The notes under the pieces are model-generated. The model made no database searches. It was not told the DNA's origin and saw nothing but the letters and a program-made list of their open reading frames with translations. A program made the translations under genes and the position numbers. DNA of 64,000 bases, taken from IMG/VR virus record IMGVR_UViG_3300025098_000012, positions 1 through 64,000 of that record; one strand, given 5' to 3'. Position 1 is the first letter of the stretch; every line of letters begins with the position of its first letter. This document shows positions 28,723 to 36,819 of this stretch, piece by piece.

Positions 28723-29072
28723 AATATGAGCGTCTTGTTAAGCCATCTAAAGTCCTTCCTCCCGACCTTATAAGAGGCTATTATGAACAAGACCTTAAGA
28801 GTATTAAAGAGATCGAGGCTTGGCTCTCTAAGAATGGGTTGACCATATTATTTACGCTTGGGGAAGCCTACGGAAATGAGAGTGTTTATTTAGGTGAAGA
28901 TAGTCGTGTCTATATAGGAACTGAAAAGATCCCTCGCATTGACTGGTTAAAGAAACAGATCTTAAGAGTAAGTACAGAGCTTTTACAACAAGCGATTAGA
29001 GAGGGTTGGACTCGCAAAAAAATGTTTGAAGTGCTTAAAAAAAGGTCTGAAGAAGAGAACAAGATAGTATAA
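28704..29072 (+). CDS. Hypothetical protein
   Basis: 122-aa ORF in the polymerase operon. Confidence 0.6.
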   Translation: MARLSLKYERLVKPSKVLPPDLIRGYYEQDLKSIKEIEAWLSKNGLTILFTLGEAYGNESVYLGEDSRVYIGTEKIPRIDWLKKQILRVSTELLQQAIREGWTRKKMFEVLKKRSEEENKIV

Positions 29073-29134
29073 TGAGCGTGTTGAGTGGGCGATCCACTCA
29101 TAAACTCAAACCATACACAACAGGAGAAATCACT

Positions 29135-29323
29135 ATGAGTGGTATCGCTGATCGTATTGCAAATCTAAAGCAACTTCTCACTGACCTTGAGTCAGACGCA
29201 ACCAAGACAGACAGTGGTAATAAGGCCGCAGGTACTCGTGTTCGTAAGACACTTCAAGAAGTGGTCAACGAGTCTAAAGAGATCCGTAAGGCTGTCATCG
29301 AGGCTCGTAATAGCGACAGCTAA
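29135..29323 (+). CDS. Histone H1-like nucleoid protein (Hc1 family)
   Basis: Signature GNKAAGTRVRK within a helical hairpin; ATG 29135 follows AGGAG (in frame with track ORF 29072). Confidence 0.8.
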   Translation: MSGIADRIANLKQLLTDLESDATKTDSGNKAAGTRVRKTLQEVVNESKEIRKAVIEARNSDS

Positions 29324-29338
29324 TCGAACCTCTATACA

Positions 29339-29355
29339 ACACACACACACACACA
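29339..29355 (+). repeat. (AC)8A dinucleotide microsatellite
   Basis: ACACACACACACACACA just upstream of the SD of 29371-29679. Confidence 0.9.
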
Positions 29356-29370
29356 GAAAGGACATGACCT

Positions 29371-29679
29371 ATGTCTAACTTAAAAGGCGATCTAGCCCCT
29401 AAGCCAAATAAGACACCTTATGAGCTTCGGCTTGAGATTTTACATCTCGCTCAACACATCGTTGAAGACAATGTTGAAAAACAAATTCAGTATATGCACT
29501 CACAAGGCGACATTGCAGGTAGCTTTTATGATCGTCATGAAGATACGATTGGTGTAGCTGCCGCTGAGTTGATTGCCTCAGCGAAAGAAAACATTGAGGG
29601 TTTGAAAATGCCCCCAATGGGGGTTGACGAAGTTTTGAGTATTGCGAAAAAGTTAAATAACTTTGTCTCCAATGGGTGA
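29371..29679 (+). CDS. Phage hypothetical protein (KTPYELRLEIL motif)
   Basis: N-terminal PYE(L/I)RL motif of a kind I recall from myovirus hypotheticals; last gene before a terminator. Confidence 0.65.
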   Translation: MSNLKGDLAPKPNKTPYELRLEILHLAQHIVEDNVEKQIQYMHSQGDIAGSFYDRHEDTIGVAAAELIASAKENIEGLKMPPMGVDEVLSIAKKLNNFVSNG

Positions 29680-29717
29680 CAAGTCATATAACTAAAGCAT
29701 ATTCATTTGTGTCGGAG

Positions 29718-29756
29718 AAACCCTCGATTGCCCCAGTGGTGGTCGGGGGTTTTTCT
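29718..29756. terminator. Probable (bidirectional) intrinsic terminator
   Basis: AAACCCTCGATTGCC-loop-GGTGGTCGGGGGTTTTTT stem with G-U pairs and a U tract, between convergent genes. Confidence 0.7.
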
Positions 29757-30113
29757 TTAGAGGTCGCAGAACTGACCCCACCAATCAGTATAGGTGACTT
29801 TGACCACATTAGATTTCTCGATGTGCCTTCGGCAATACTTACAAGGTCGAGCCATTGTCATCGTACCGTCTTTGAGAAATCTAATGACCTCAAGGCGATC
29901 TCCTTTTTGAGTATGCCTAAGAGCATCCATTTCAGCGTGTAGGTTGGAAACGAGAGTTCCGTCTTTAACCCTCCGAGCAAACCTTAAGTCTGTCTTGCTT
30001 GAGTTTACACCGATGTAAACAGGCTTCTTTTTTCTGAATACAATACAAGCGACATGGTACTTTTCACCATTAGACAATGCCATTCTCATAGCTTGTTTAT
30101 AAATGCGTTTCAT
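29757..30113 (-). CDS. Zinc-dependent cytidine/dCMP deaminase-fold protein
   Basis: HAEMDAL and RPCKYC motifs; YIGVN. Confidence 0.85.
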   Translation of the reverse strand: MKRIYKQAMRMALSNGEKYHVACIVFRKKKPVYIGVNSSKTDLRFARRVKDGTLVSNLHAEMDALRHTQKGDRLEVIRFLKDGTMTMARPCKYCRRHIEKSNVVKVTYTDWWGQFCDL

Positions 30114-30182
30114 AATAGGAGGTACATTATGTGTTATTATGACCCGATACTTTTGATGTGTATATGCGAGATTATTGAAGAG

Positions 30183-30611
30183 CTACTTGTAGTTTGATTT
30201 ATCGAGAGCGTCCTCTAAGGCTTTCGCATTGAAGCCATAGTCGTGATACTTTTTAAGGACTCTCCAAAGATACTCTTCTTCTGGAGATATGAGATTTTTG
30301 TTCTCGGTGTAATAGACATGGGCTGTTACATATTCACCATTATCACACATGACATCCATGATTGAACAAGAACACCCTTCAAATGGTTCGGGTAGCTCCC
30401 AATGATCTACGGTATAGAGGACACCCTCTAAGTAGTCGTTCATCTTCCCTGCTATCATAGAGCAGAAGCCTTGCTCCCCTTCGCTTTTGTTCGAGAAGAT
30501 CAGTTTGAACCCTCTAATCATTGCAAACTTATAAAATCGTGCTGATGGGTATTGATCGACCATAGTGTGTTCTTCGAGGCTTAATCCGTAAGCAAAGTAG
30601 AGTGCTTTCAT
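30183..30611 (-). CDS. Gamma-glutamylcyclotransferase (AIG2-like)
   Basis: LYFAYGLSL, LEGVLY, FEG, AHVYY, PEEEYL; start ATG 30611 after GAAAGGA (track start 30662). Confidence 0.8.
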   Translation of the reverse strand: MKALYFAYGLSLEEHTMVDQYPSARFYKFAMIRGFKLIFSNKSEGEQGFCSMIAGKMNDYLEGVLYTVDHWELPEPFEGCSCSIMDVMCDNGEYVTAHVYYTENKNLISPEEEYLWRVLKKYHDYGFNAKALEDALDKSNYK

Positions 30612-30622
30612 CGCATTTCCTT

Positions 30623-30943
30623 TCAGTGATGAACGACAAGGGCTGCCGCTCCGCATAGACAAAGTGCTAAAACACCTTTCCAGTTAAACCCGAAAAAGTA
30701 GCAGTTAAGAATAAGGTCTACAGTTAAGCTACACAATCCCCAAGTAACTCCTGCTTTCCACACATCACCCATTTCAATAAGTTTCCACCAAGCGTACAGG
30801 GTCATATAGTTGGTGAACAAGCTCGTGTAGAGCCACCATTTAAATGGCGACCAATCGAACCCATAAATGACTTTGGCATTTCCTTTGAACCAAAACACTA
30901 TATTAGCGAGGCATAACAGACCCACAGGGATGATATAATTCAT
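30623..30943 (-). CDS. Small four-TM membrane protein (SMR/DMT-like)
   Basis: Four hydrophobic segments in 106 aa. Confidence 0.55.
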   Translation of the reverse strand: MNYIIPVGLLCLANIVFWFKGNAKVIYGFDWSPFKWWLYTSLFTNYMTLYAWWKLIEMGDVWKAGVTWGLCSLTVDLILNCYFFGFNWKGVLALCLCGAAALVVHH

Positions 30944-31450
30944 TTAATGCACCAGACAGTCTACTTCAAAATCGTACCCCAAGAAAGAGGGTACAATCTG
31001 ATGTGGGTCTGTTAACAGTGAAGGTTCTGATTGAAAATCTATGTCCGATAGAAATCCCTCGAACCCTTCTCCTTTAAAGTAAGACATCCCAAAAATTGAC
31101 TGTTCTCCACTCCTGCTATCTTCAATCAAGCACCAAAAAACGAAACCTATACTTTTTTCTTCTTCGTACATTTTTTGATGTGCTATAAAAGACCAAAATT
31201 CAGGATTAACATCTTGCAGGATTTCTGGTAAAGAGAATCCGAGCATAACTTTATTATGAAGTAAATCATCACCTGTCATAATAGACAAATGAGGAGGTAA
31301 AGTAGATACATCAAGACCGTAATCTCTAGCACCCGTTACCGTTGTGCTTATCATGTTATAGGCTTCGTTATGAAAGTCAAAAGGGGAAATGTTCATGTCA
31401 ACTCCATTAAGATCTGCTAGGTCTATCCAACAAAAACTCCTCACAAGCAA
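30944..31450 (-). CDS. Hypothetical protein
   Basis: AT-rich ORF; true start probably ATG ~31396 after GGAG. Confidence 0.55.
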   Translation of the reverse strand: MLVRSFCWIDLADLNGVDMNISPFDFHNEAYNMISTTVTGARDYGLDVSTLPPHLSIMTGDDLLHNKVMLGFSLPEILQDVNPEFWSFIAHQKMYEEEKSIGFVFWCLIEDSRSGEQSIFGMSYFKGEGFEGFLSDIDFQSEPSLLTDPHQIVPSFLGYDFEVDCLVH

Positions 31451-31649
31451 GGAAGCTATCAGATCAGTTATTTCTTATTGTACTTATAGAAAAGACGATA
31501 GGGTATGCTCCGATAAAGATTTAGCGAAAAAACTCAAGCAAGTAGATCGAGAGATTGGTAGATTACTAGAGTATGTTCAATCCTTAGAGGGTCAAACTCG
31601 AAGAACACTGCGAGAAGAACGACTTAAAAAAGAAAGAGAGAATAGATAA
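31389..31649 (+). CDS. Small coiled-coil hypothetical protein
   Basis: Coupled (TAATG) to the FmdB-like gene. Confidence 0.5.
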   Translation: MFMSTPLRSARSIQQKLLTSKEAIRSVISYCTYRKDDRVCSDKDLAKKLKQVDREIGRLLEYVQSLEGQTRRTLREERLKKERENR

Positions 31650-31831
31650 TGCCTACTTATAACTACAGATGCAAAAACGAAGAGTGTAAACATGAGTTTC
31701 AAGCGATGCACAAGATGAGCGACCCACCACCCCCATGCCCTAAATGTAGTGGTGAACAGGTTGAGAAGCTGATAAAGGGTATGAACTTTGTCTTAAAAGG
31801 TAGTGGATGGTTCAATTCTGGTGGATACTGA
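31649..31831 (+). CDS. FmdB-family zinc-ribbon protein
   Basis: MPTYNYRC...C...PCPKC...VEKLI...FVLKGSGWF. Confidence 0.9.
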   Translation: MPTYNYRCKNEECKHEFQAMHKMSDPPPPCPKCSGEQVEKLIKGMNFVLKGSGWFNSGGY

Positions 31832-32111
31832 TCTGCTTAAGTCTCTTGTCAACCATCCCAAATGGGTATGGCAAATGGGCCTGCTAGGTTTCCCCTACTT
31901 TAAACCGACACAGAGGGTTAGGAAGATAGGAGTTGGGGATGACTCTTGGCTTCCTGCTTTAGATGATCCTGTGACTCTCGGCTACTTACACCACCTGTAT
32001 GTAATCAATAATGGGTCTGTAAGGCGAGATGGTGAGCTATGGGTAAGCTCACATGGGGTTGAGGGAAAAGACTTAGCAGATGTGCTTGTAGAGTCTTTCC
32101 TCAAACTTTAA
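31803..32111 (+). CDS. Hypothetical protein
   Basis: Overlaps the FmdB-like gene; protein-like composition. Confidence 0.55.
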   Translation: MDGSILVDTDLLKSLVNHPKWVWQMGLLGFPYFKPTQRVRKIGVGDDSWLPALDDPVTLGYLHHLYVINNGSVRRDGELWVSSHGVEGKDLADVLVESFLKL

Positions 32112-32115
32112 TAGT

Positions 32116-32442
32116 TTAAAATCTAGGTTCTCTACCTCGACACCACTTAGACTGTTCCTCTGTCCAATAGAGCCTAGCCTTACCACGCTTCTTCTTTAGA
32201 GCCATTTCAGCTTTCATGGCTTCTGATCTGTTAGCGTATGGACCATAGGTACACATTAACACCCAAGGTCGGTGCTTTGATGTGTACTTAGCACCACCTT
32301 TGATTTCTCCCTGGTGCTGTCTCAGCCTACGGTTAACATCTGTAGTGCAACCCACATAGAAAAAACCTGGTAGTTGTTTACCTGTCTTAGCTGATCTTCT
32401 CATCTGCTGACTCTGAATAACATATACGACCCATTCGCTCAT
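32116..32442 (-). CDS. GIY-YIG endonuclease (SLX1/YhbQ-like)
   Basis: WVVYVI...FYVGCTTDVNRRLRQH.G..KGGAKYT...RPW...EAMKAE; start ATG 32442 after AAGGA (track start 32550). Confidence 0.9.
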   Translation of the reverse strand: MSEWVVYVIQSQQMRRSAKTGKQLPGFFYVGCTTDVNRRLRQHQGEIKGGAKYTSKHRPWVLMCTYGPYANRSEAMKAEMALKKKRGKARLYWTEEQSKWCRGREPRF

Positions 32443-32469
32443 TTGTAGTTCCTTTATACACTGCTTTAG

Positions 32470-32949
32470 GTGATCTATTATACTAAAGGAAATATGATGA
32501 GAAATCATAACAAGATGGCAAGTCGAGTTGCATATCGCTACATGAAACAAGCAGGTCTATTGAGTAAGATCGTAGATTTCTTTACCGAGAGTCCTCGTGA
32601 GAAAGAGAAGAAGCCTGTGTTTGATGTCGCTAAAGTCTGGGTGACAGCAGGTATCTATGGGGCTACTATGGGTTGGGTATCAAAGACTCTTAAGCTCAAA
32701 GGCAAAGATACTGCGATCATTGACTACAAAGGGGATAATCTCAAGCTCTCCATCTCACAAGAACGAGTTAGGGGGATGAAGGACAATGGGGGCATCAAAG
32801 GAGACTTCTTTGTAGTGATTTCTTTGACTGGTGTTGATAAGAACATACCTAAGAGTCAGTTAGATAAAGTCTTAGCAGGTATTCTTAGAGAGGTTCGGCT
32901 TGAACCCGACTTTACCGAAACTCCTGTTGAACACCCCAATATGCGTTAG
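32470..32949 (+). CDS. Small basic protein with RVAYRYMKQA leader
   Basis: Leader shared with the 19900/20879/21409 genes; likely ATG ~32494. Confidence 0.7.
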   Translation: MIYYTKGNMMRNHNKMASRVAYRYMKQAGLLSKIVDFFTESPREKEKKPVFDVAKVWVTAGIYGATMGWVSKTLKLKGKDTAIIDYKGDNLKLSISQERVRGMKDNGGIKGDFFVVISLTGVDKNIPKSQLDKVLAGILREVRLEPDFTETPVEHPNMR

Positions 32950-33545
32950 ACCTCTAAGCTCACTCCAAAGAGCCGACCCTCTGATACCCTGTCGATCTTA
33001 ATTGACTTCATTCCTTGCAGGTTCAGTGACTCTGTGGACAGCTCACCAATCGTGAGGCTTGACCCTTTAGTGAGGGTGAACATTAGACCCCCGATGTTCA
33101 CCTCTTTAGTGCTTGTATCAGTAGGCTCTTGTGGTGAGAGGAGTACAGGTTCTTCGCTAGAGGATGCCTCACCACCTTCCATGATGTTATACATCTGATC
33201 CCTAAACTTCTTTGGAAGCTCACAACCGTACAACCCTTTGAGGTGGTAGTTGAGCTGATTGACCGATTTAAACTTGTGGCATACCATCTTTGAGTATTTG
33301 AGGATTGAGGTATGGATGAGGTCTTTCTCCTCTCCCACAGCACCCCTCTGAGAAGCGTACTTACGGATAGACATAAGTGCTTTCACAAAGACCTCTTTAC
33401 TGAGGACACCTGTTGCTAGATAGTTCTTGCGATGCTTGAGAGTCCAAATGTGCGTGGAGTCTACAACATCTTTTTGACCATGATTAAGGTCGAGGTATTT
33501 CATTGGTTCATTTAAGAGGAGGCAAGCCTCTGAGGATAGGTTCAT
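32946..33545 (-). CDS. Hypothetical protein
   Basis: 199-aa ORF; its C-terminal beta segment resembles that of 33548-34786. Confidence 0.65.
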   Translation of the reverse strand: MNLSSEACLLLNEPMKYLDLNHGQKDVVDSTHIWTLKHRKNYLATGVLSKEVFVKALMSIRKYASQRGAVGEEKDLIHTSILKYSKMVCHKFKSVNQLNYHLKGLYGCELPKKFRDQMYNIMEGGEASSSEEPVLLSPQEPTDTSTKEVNIGGLMFTLTKGSSLTIGELSTESLNLQGMKSIKIDRVSEGRLFGVSLEV

Positions 33546-33547
33546 GT

Positions 33548-34786
33548 TTAACCTTTCTTGATCTTAACCCCATACAGGGTGTTGTTTTCAATGCGATCTA
33601 CTTCGAGGTTGATGCCACCATAGATGTGGACTCCCCCTTCAATCTGTACCTCCCCAATACAGATCACATTGTCGTTGGGAGTGAGTTTAAGAGTACCGAG
33701 CAGGACATAAGGCTCTGCCGATGATTGTTCTTCATTTGAGACAAGAGGCTCAACAGGAGGTTGCTCCACTTCCACTTTGGGGATTGGGTTTTGAGCCATT
33801 AAGTCATCGCATTCCTCTTGAGTCATAGGTACGACCATGTTCTCCTCTGCTGTGGCTTCAATGACAGCAACAAAGCTATCTTCTCGCTCTTGCCTGTTCT
33901 TCTTAGCCTTCTTTGGACGACCAGGCTTTGGGAAGTGTTCCTCAATAACCTCTAAGGTTTCAGCCGACAAGTTATCAAGGCTCAAGCCAAAGATCAGTTT
34001 CAAAGCGTAGTTGAGGTTGTTCTTAGCTGTAAAGTCTCGTAGGTTCGTTCCTAGATAAGCATCTCGCACCCATTGATCAGCGATCATCTTTACTTGACCT
34101 CGACCTAAGCTATCCTCTTTGAAAGACTTAAAGACATCAAGGAGTTTGATGTACGGAGACTTGCCTTTATTGACCATATGGAGAGGTTGAAGGGTTGCCT
34201 TTCGACCTTCGAGCGATGCTACACGATTGAGCATATTCCGAGTTTCCTCTGAACTCTCTTTGGAGTAGCTGACCCAAAGTCGATCCCACTTGGAGATCAT
34301 TTTTTTCTTGCCCTCTCGAACCCAAGGCATACGCTCATAGGCATCTTTACCGTTAAACACACCCTCATCTTCCATGCCGAGAAGGGGTAATATGAAGGTG
34401 TGTTCGCCTAGAAACTCGTTCCAAGTCTCATAAAGGTCAAGCTCCTCTTGAGTGGTATCGAGGTCGGTGTTTATTGGTAGCTGATAACAGTGTCGTATGT
34501 CTGTTTCTGCGATAGCTGTCTTATGACTGCACTCGATAAACTTGACATTGGACTTAGTAGCCTCTTGTCTAGCCCAGTTTCTTAAACTGTGGTTGCAGTT
34601 GGATTTGAGAACCAACACTAAGTCAGTGTTAGATGGGATGTTCTCTCTTCGATCTGCCGACTGATCCCAAGTCTTGTGGTTGCTGATGATGAGCTTTAGC
34701 TCTTTGCCGAAACGCTTGTTAAGACGCTCAACAAACTTAGAGGCGAACTTAGACTCGCCACCTATAACGAATGTGTTTTGTTGCAT
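33548..34786 (-). CDS. Protein with N-terminal DUF2325-like alpha/beta domain
   Basis: VIGG...IPSNTDLVLVLKSNCNHSLRNWARQEA...VKFIEC pattern; SD AAAGGAG. Confidence 0.55.
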   Translation of the reverse strand: MQQNTFVIGGESKFASKFVERLNKRFGKELKLIISNHKTWDQSADRRENIPSNTDLVLVLKSNCNHSLRNWARQEATKSNVKFIECSHKTAIAETDIRHCYQLPINTDLDTTQEELDLYETWNEFLGEHTFILPLLGMEDEGVFNGKDAYERMPWVREGKKKMISKWDRLWVSYSKESSEETRNMLNRVASLEGRKATLQPLHMVNKGKSPYIKLLDVFKSFKEDSLGRGQVKMIADQWVRDAYLGTNLRDFTAKNNLNYALKLIFGLSLDNLSAETLEVIEEHFPKPGRPKKAKKNRQEREDSFVAVIEATAEENMVVPMTQEECDDLMAQNPIPKVEVEQPPVEPLVSNEEQSSAEPYVLLGTLKLTPNDNVICIGEVQIEGGVHIYGGINLEVDRIENNTLYGVKIKKG

Positions 34787-34826
34787 AATACTCCTTTCGA
34801 GAGTCGTTGAAGGTAAGGTACTTATA

Positions 34827-35105
34827 TTATTCGGACTCGATTACTGCCGAACATTTGCTCGCAAACACCGACCTTCCGTCTGTGGTCAAGAACTTCCACA
34901 CACCCGACCTGTACACACTAGCGTTTGTAGGGTGTCGGAGGGTCTGAAAGTTGACCCACCCATTCGGCATCTCGCACGAGATGGTGTAGACCTTACCTGC
35001 TTCGACCGAAGTCGATGGTTTGGTTTCGAGATGGTTCTCGTATTGTGGGCTTCTTCCACAGCCCACAGCGAGTAAGGCTAAGAGTGTAAAAGTAAGGGCT
35101 TTCAT
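34827..35105 (-). CDS. Small lipoprotein
   Basis: Signal peptide MKALTFTLLALLAVG-C with lipobox; two further Cys. Confidence 0.75.
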   Translation of the reverse strand: MKALTFTLLALLAVGCGRSPQYENHLETKPSTSVEAGKVYTISCEMPNGWVNFQTLRHPTNASVYRSGVWKFLTTDGRSVFASKCSAVIESE

Positions 35106-35156
35106 GTATAATGTCCTTTCAAGACTATTAAGAGCAAGATCGCTCGATACTAGACG

Positions 35157-35172
35157 ATAGATAAGGGGTTAC
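35157..35172 (-). promoter_or_regulatory. Early-type motif copy 2
   Basis: GTAACCCCTTATCTAT, 67 nt upstream of the lipoprotein ATG. Confidence 0.6.
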
Positions 35173-35174
35173 CC

Positions 35175-35408
35175 ATGTATTATGTTCAGAATAAATCTAC
35201 AGGACAACCACTCTACTACACGCATAAAGGCAAGGTAGAGAAGGTCTATTCGCTACGCATCGTGGCAGAAATCGAAGCCGAGAAGGTGGATCAAGCAACT
35301 CACTTAAAGACAGCTAGGGTTGATGTCGTTGAGTTATCTAAGTCAGCTCGTCTATATATGGAGAATCAATCAAGAATGTGTGGTTGTAACCCCTTATCTA
35401 GCACTTAG
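35175..35408 (+). CDS. Small hypothetical protein
   Basis: AAGGGG 7 nt upstream of ATG; protein-like sequence. Confidence 0.5.
   Translation: MYYVQNKSTGQPLYYTHKGKVEKVYSLRIVAEIEAEKVDQATHLKTARVDVVELSKSARLYMENQSRMCGCNPLSST
35386..35400 (+). promoter_or_regulatory. Early-type motif copy 3
   Basis: GTAACCCCTTATCTA, 73 nt upstream of ATG 35459. Confidence 0.6.
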
Positions 35409-35458
35409 TGTCGAGGGCAATGAAGCCCACCAACTTCCACTCCACTAAGGAGAACGAA

Positions 35459-36016
35459 ATGACAGCAACCCCAACATACATCATCGGTGATCCATGCTAC
35501 TCTCTGCACACAGTTGAGGCAGAGGGTACTCCACACTCTGAGGGTCTTTGGGTCAAGAGCTTCTGCGAGGCTCTTTGGTCTGCTCAAGAAACAGAGGACT
35601 TTGACGGACACTTCACCTACATGGGTCATCCCATCTTTGTGCATAGCACAGCGTATGGTGATGGTCAGTATGAGGGTAGTGATGGTCGATCTTACTCTGT
35701 TGACGCAGGGATCATCGGGGCAATCCCTGTGGATCTGATCGAAGATGAGGTCGCTCAAGAGATGCTCAAACAACCTTATGTCCGAACAGTGAGCATGACC
35801 AAGAGTCAGCTTAGTAAGGCTGACTACTATGATGGTACTTTCACCTTCCACACAAGCGAGGGTCGCCTTGAGATCGAGACTGATCCAGAGGAGGAGTACG
35901 AGTGCGAGGACTGTGGCTCAGAGATCAGCGAGTACGAGTACAACGATGATGGTGTCTGTAAGTGGTGTCGAGCTGACCGAGAGGAGCAGGAGCGAGAGGA
36001 GAAAGATGAGGACTAA
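35459..36016 (+). CDS. Acidic phage hypothetical protein (IGDPCY motif, C-terminal CxxC...CxxC)
   Basis: YIIGDPCY; CEDCG...CKWC; SD AAGGAG before ATG 35459 (track start 35408). Confidence 0.75.
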   Translation: MTATPTYIIGDPCYSLHTVEAEGTPHSEGLWVKSFCEALWSAQETEDFDGHFTYMGHPIFVHSTAYGDGQYEGSDGRSYSVDAGIIGAIPVDLIEDEVAQEMLKQPYVRTVSMTKSQLSKADYYDGTFTFHTSEGRLEIETDPEEEYECEDCGSEISEYEYNDDGVCKWCRADREEQEREEKDED

Positions 36017-36027
36017 GGGAGGAAACC

Positions 36028-36043
36028 GTAACCCCTTATCTAT
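36028..36043 (+). promoter_or_regulatory. Early-type motif copy 4
   Basis: GTAACCCCTTATCTAT, 67 nt upstream of ATG 36095. Confidence 0.6.
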
Positions 36044-36094
36044 AACCTTACATGAGGAATGAACCTCACCAACTACTCTTACAAGGAGAACAAT

Positions 36095-36487
36095 ATGAGC
36101 ATGGCTTGGGATCACTATCGTGAAGTAATGGCTGACAATGGGTACTTTGATGACGATGGACTCGTTCGTGGTCATCTCGCTGACAATGGGTATTACTACG
36201 AGGACGGTTATTGGGTATCCACCTTTGTTAACAAAGTGGTGGTCGCTCGTAAAGATCACCCGAAGTTCGGGGTCGTCAAGGGCGAGAAGCATCGCTTCAT
36301 CAAGACTAAGTACATCTGTGATGAGACAGGTTGTAGCTCTTGGGAGGTACAGCGTAAGACTCTTGGAGTGGTTGTAAATATAACCCCAAGAGAGGATCCA
36401 GCTCCTGTCAAGTCAAGTTGGGGAACACCACCTACGACACCGAACCTTTGGAACACCCGAAGTTGGTTTCAAAAAGAGGACAAATAA
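36095..36487 (+). CDS. Hypothetical protein
   Basis: SD AAGGAG before ATG 36095 (track start 36059); internal duplicated ADNGYF/HLADNGYY. Confidence 0.7.
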   Translation: MSMAWDHYREVMADNGYFDDDGLVRGHLADNGYYYEDGYWVSTFVNKVVVARKDHPKFGVVKGEKHRFIKTKYICDETGCSSWEVQRKTLGVVVNITPREDPAPVKSSWGTPPTTPNLWNTRSWFQKEDK

Positions 36488-36564
36488 TGCCATACGCTTT
36501 AATCTGTGGACTAATAGAGGTGGCTATTATTGTAGCCTTAGTGAAATCTTGGAGATCACCATGA
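36487..36564 (+). CDS. 25-aa hydrophobic peptide (not in ORF track)
   Basis: MPYALICGLIEVAIIVALVKSWRSP; TAATG overlap upstream and ATGA overlap downstream. Confidence 0.5.
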   Translation: MPYALICGLIEVAIIVALVKSWRSP

Positions 36565-36815
36565 GAGAGATCGAAGCTATCAGTTATCTTGTAGGACTCG
36601 ATCCAGAACCAAATGGTTCAAACTTCAACTGGTTTGCCATGACTCATTCGGGCATTCCACTTAGCCTCTATTATGAGGTCAATCGTAAACCTTGTGATCT
36701 TCATTGGGTCGAGGTCATGGACTCTAAAGGAATACTAGGGCTACCCACAGACCAAGATGGTCTAGTAGGGATCGACATCAAAGACTTACCCAAATACTTC
36801 AAACAAGGAAGGTGA
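36561..36815 (+). CDS. Hypothetical protein
   Basis: ATG 36561 after GGAG (track start 36549). Confidence 0.6.
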   Translation: MREIEAISYLVGLDPEPNGSNFNWFAMTHSGIPLSLYYEVNRKPCDLHWVEVMDSKGILGLPTDQDGLVGIDIKDLPKYFKQGR

Positions 36816-36819
36816 ATAA

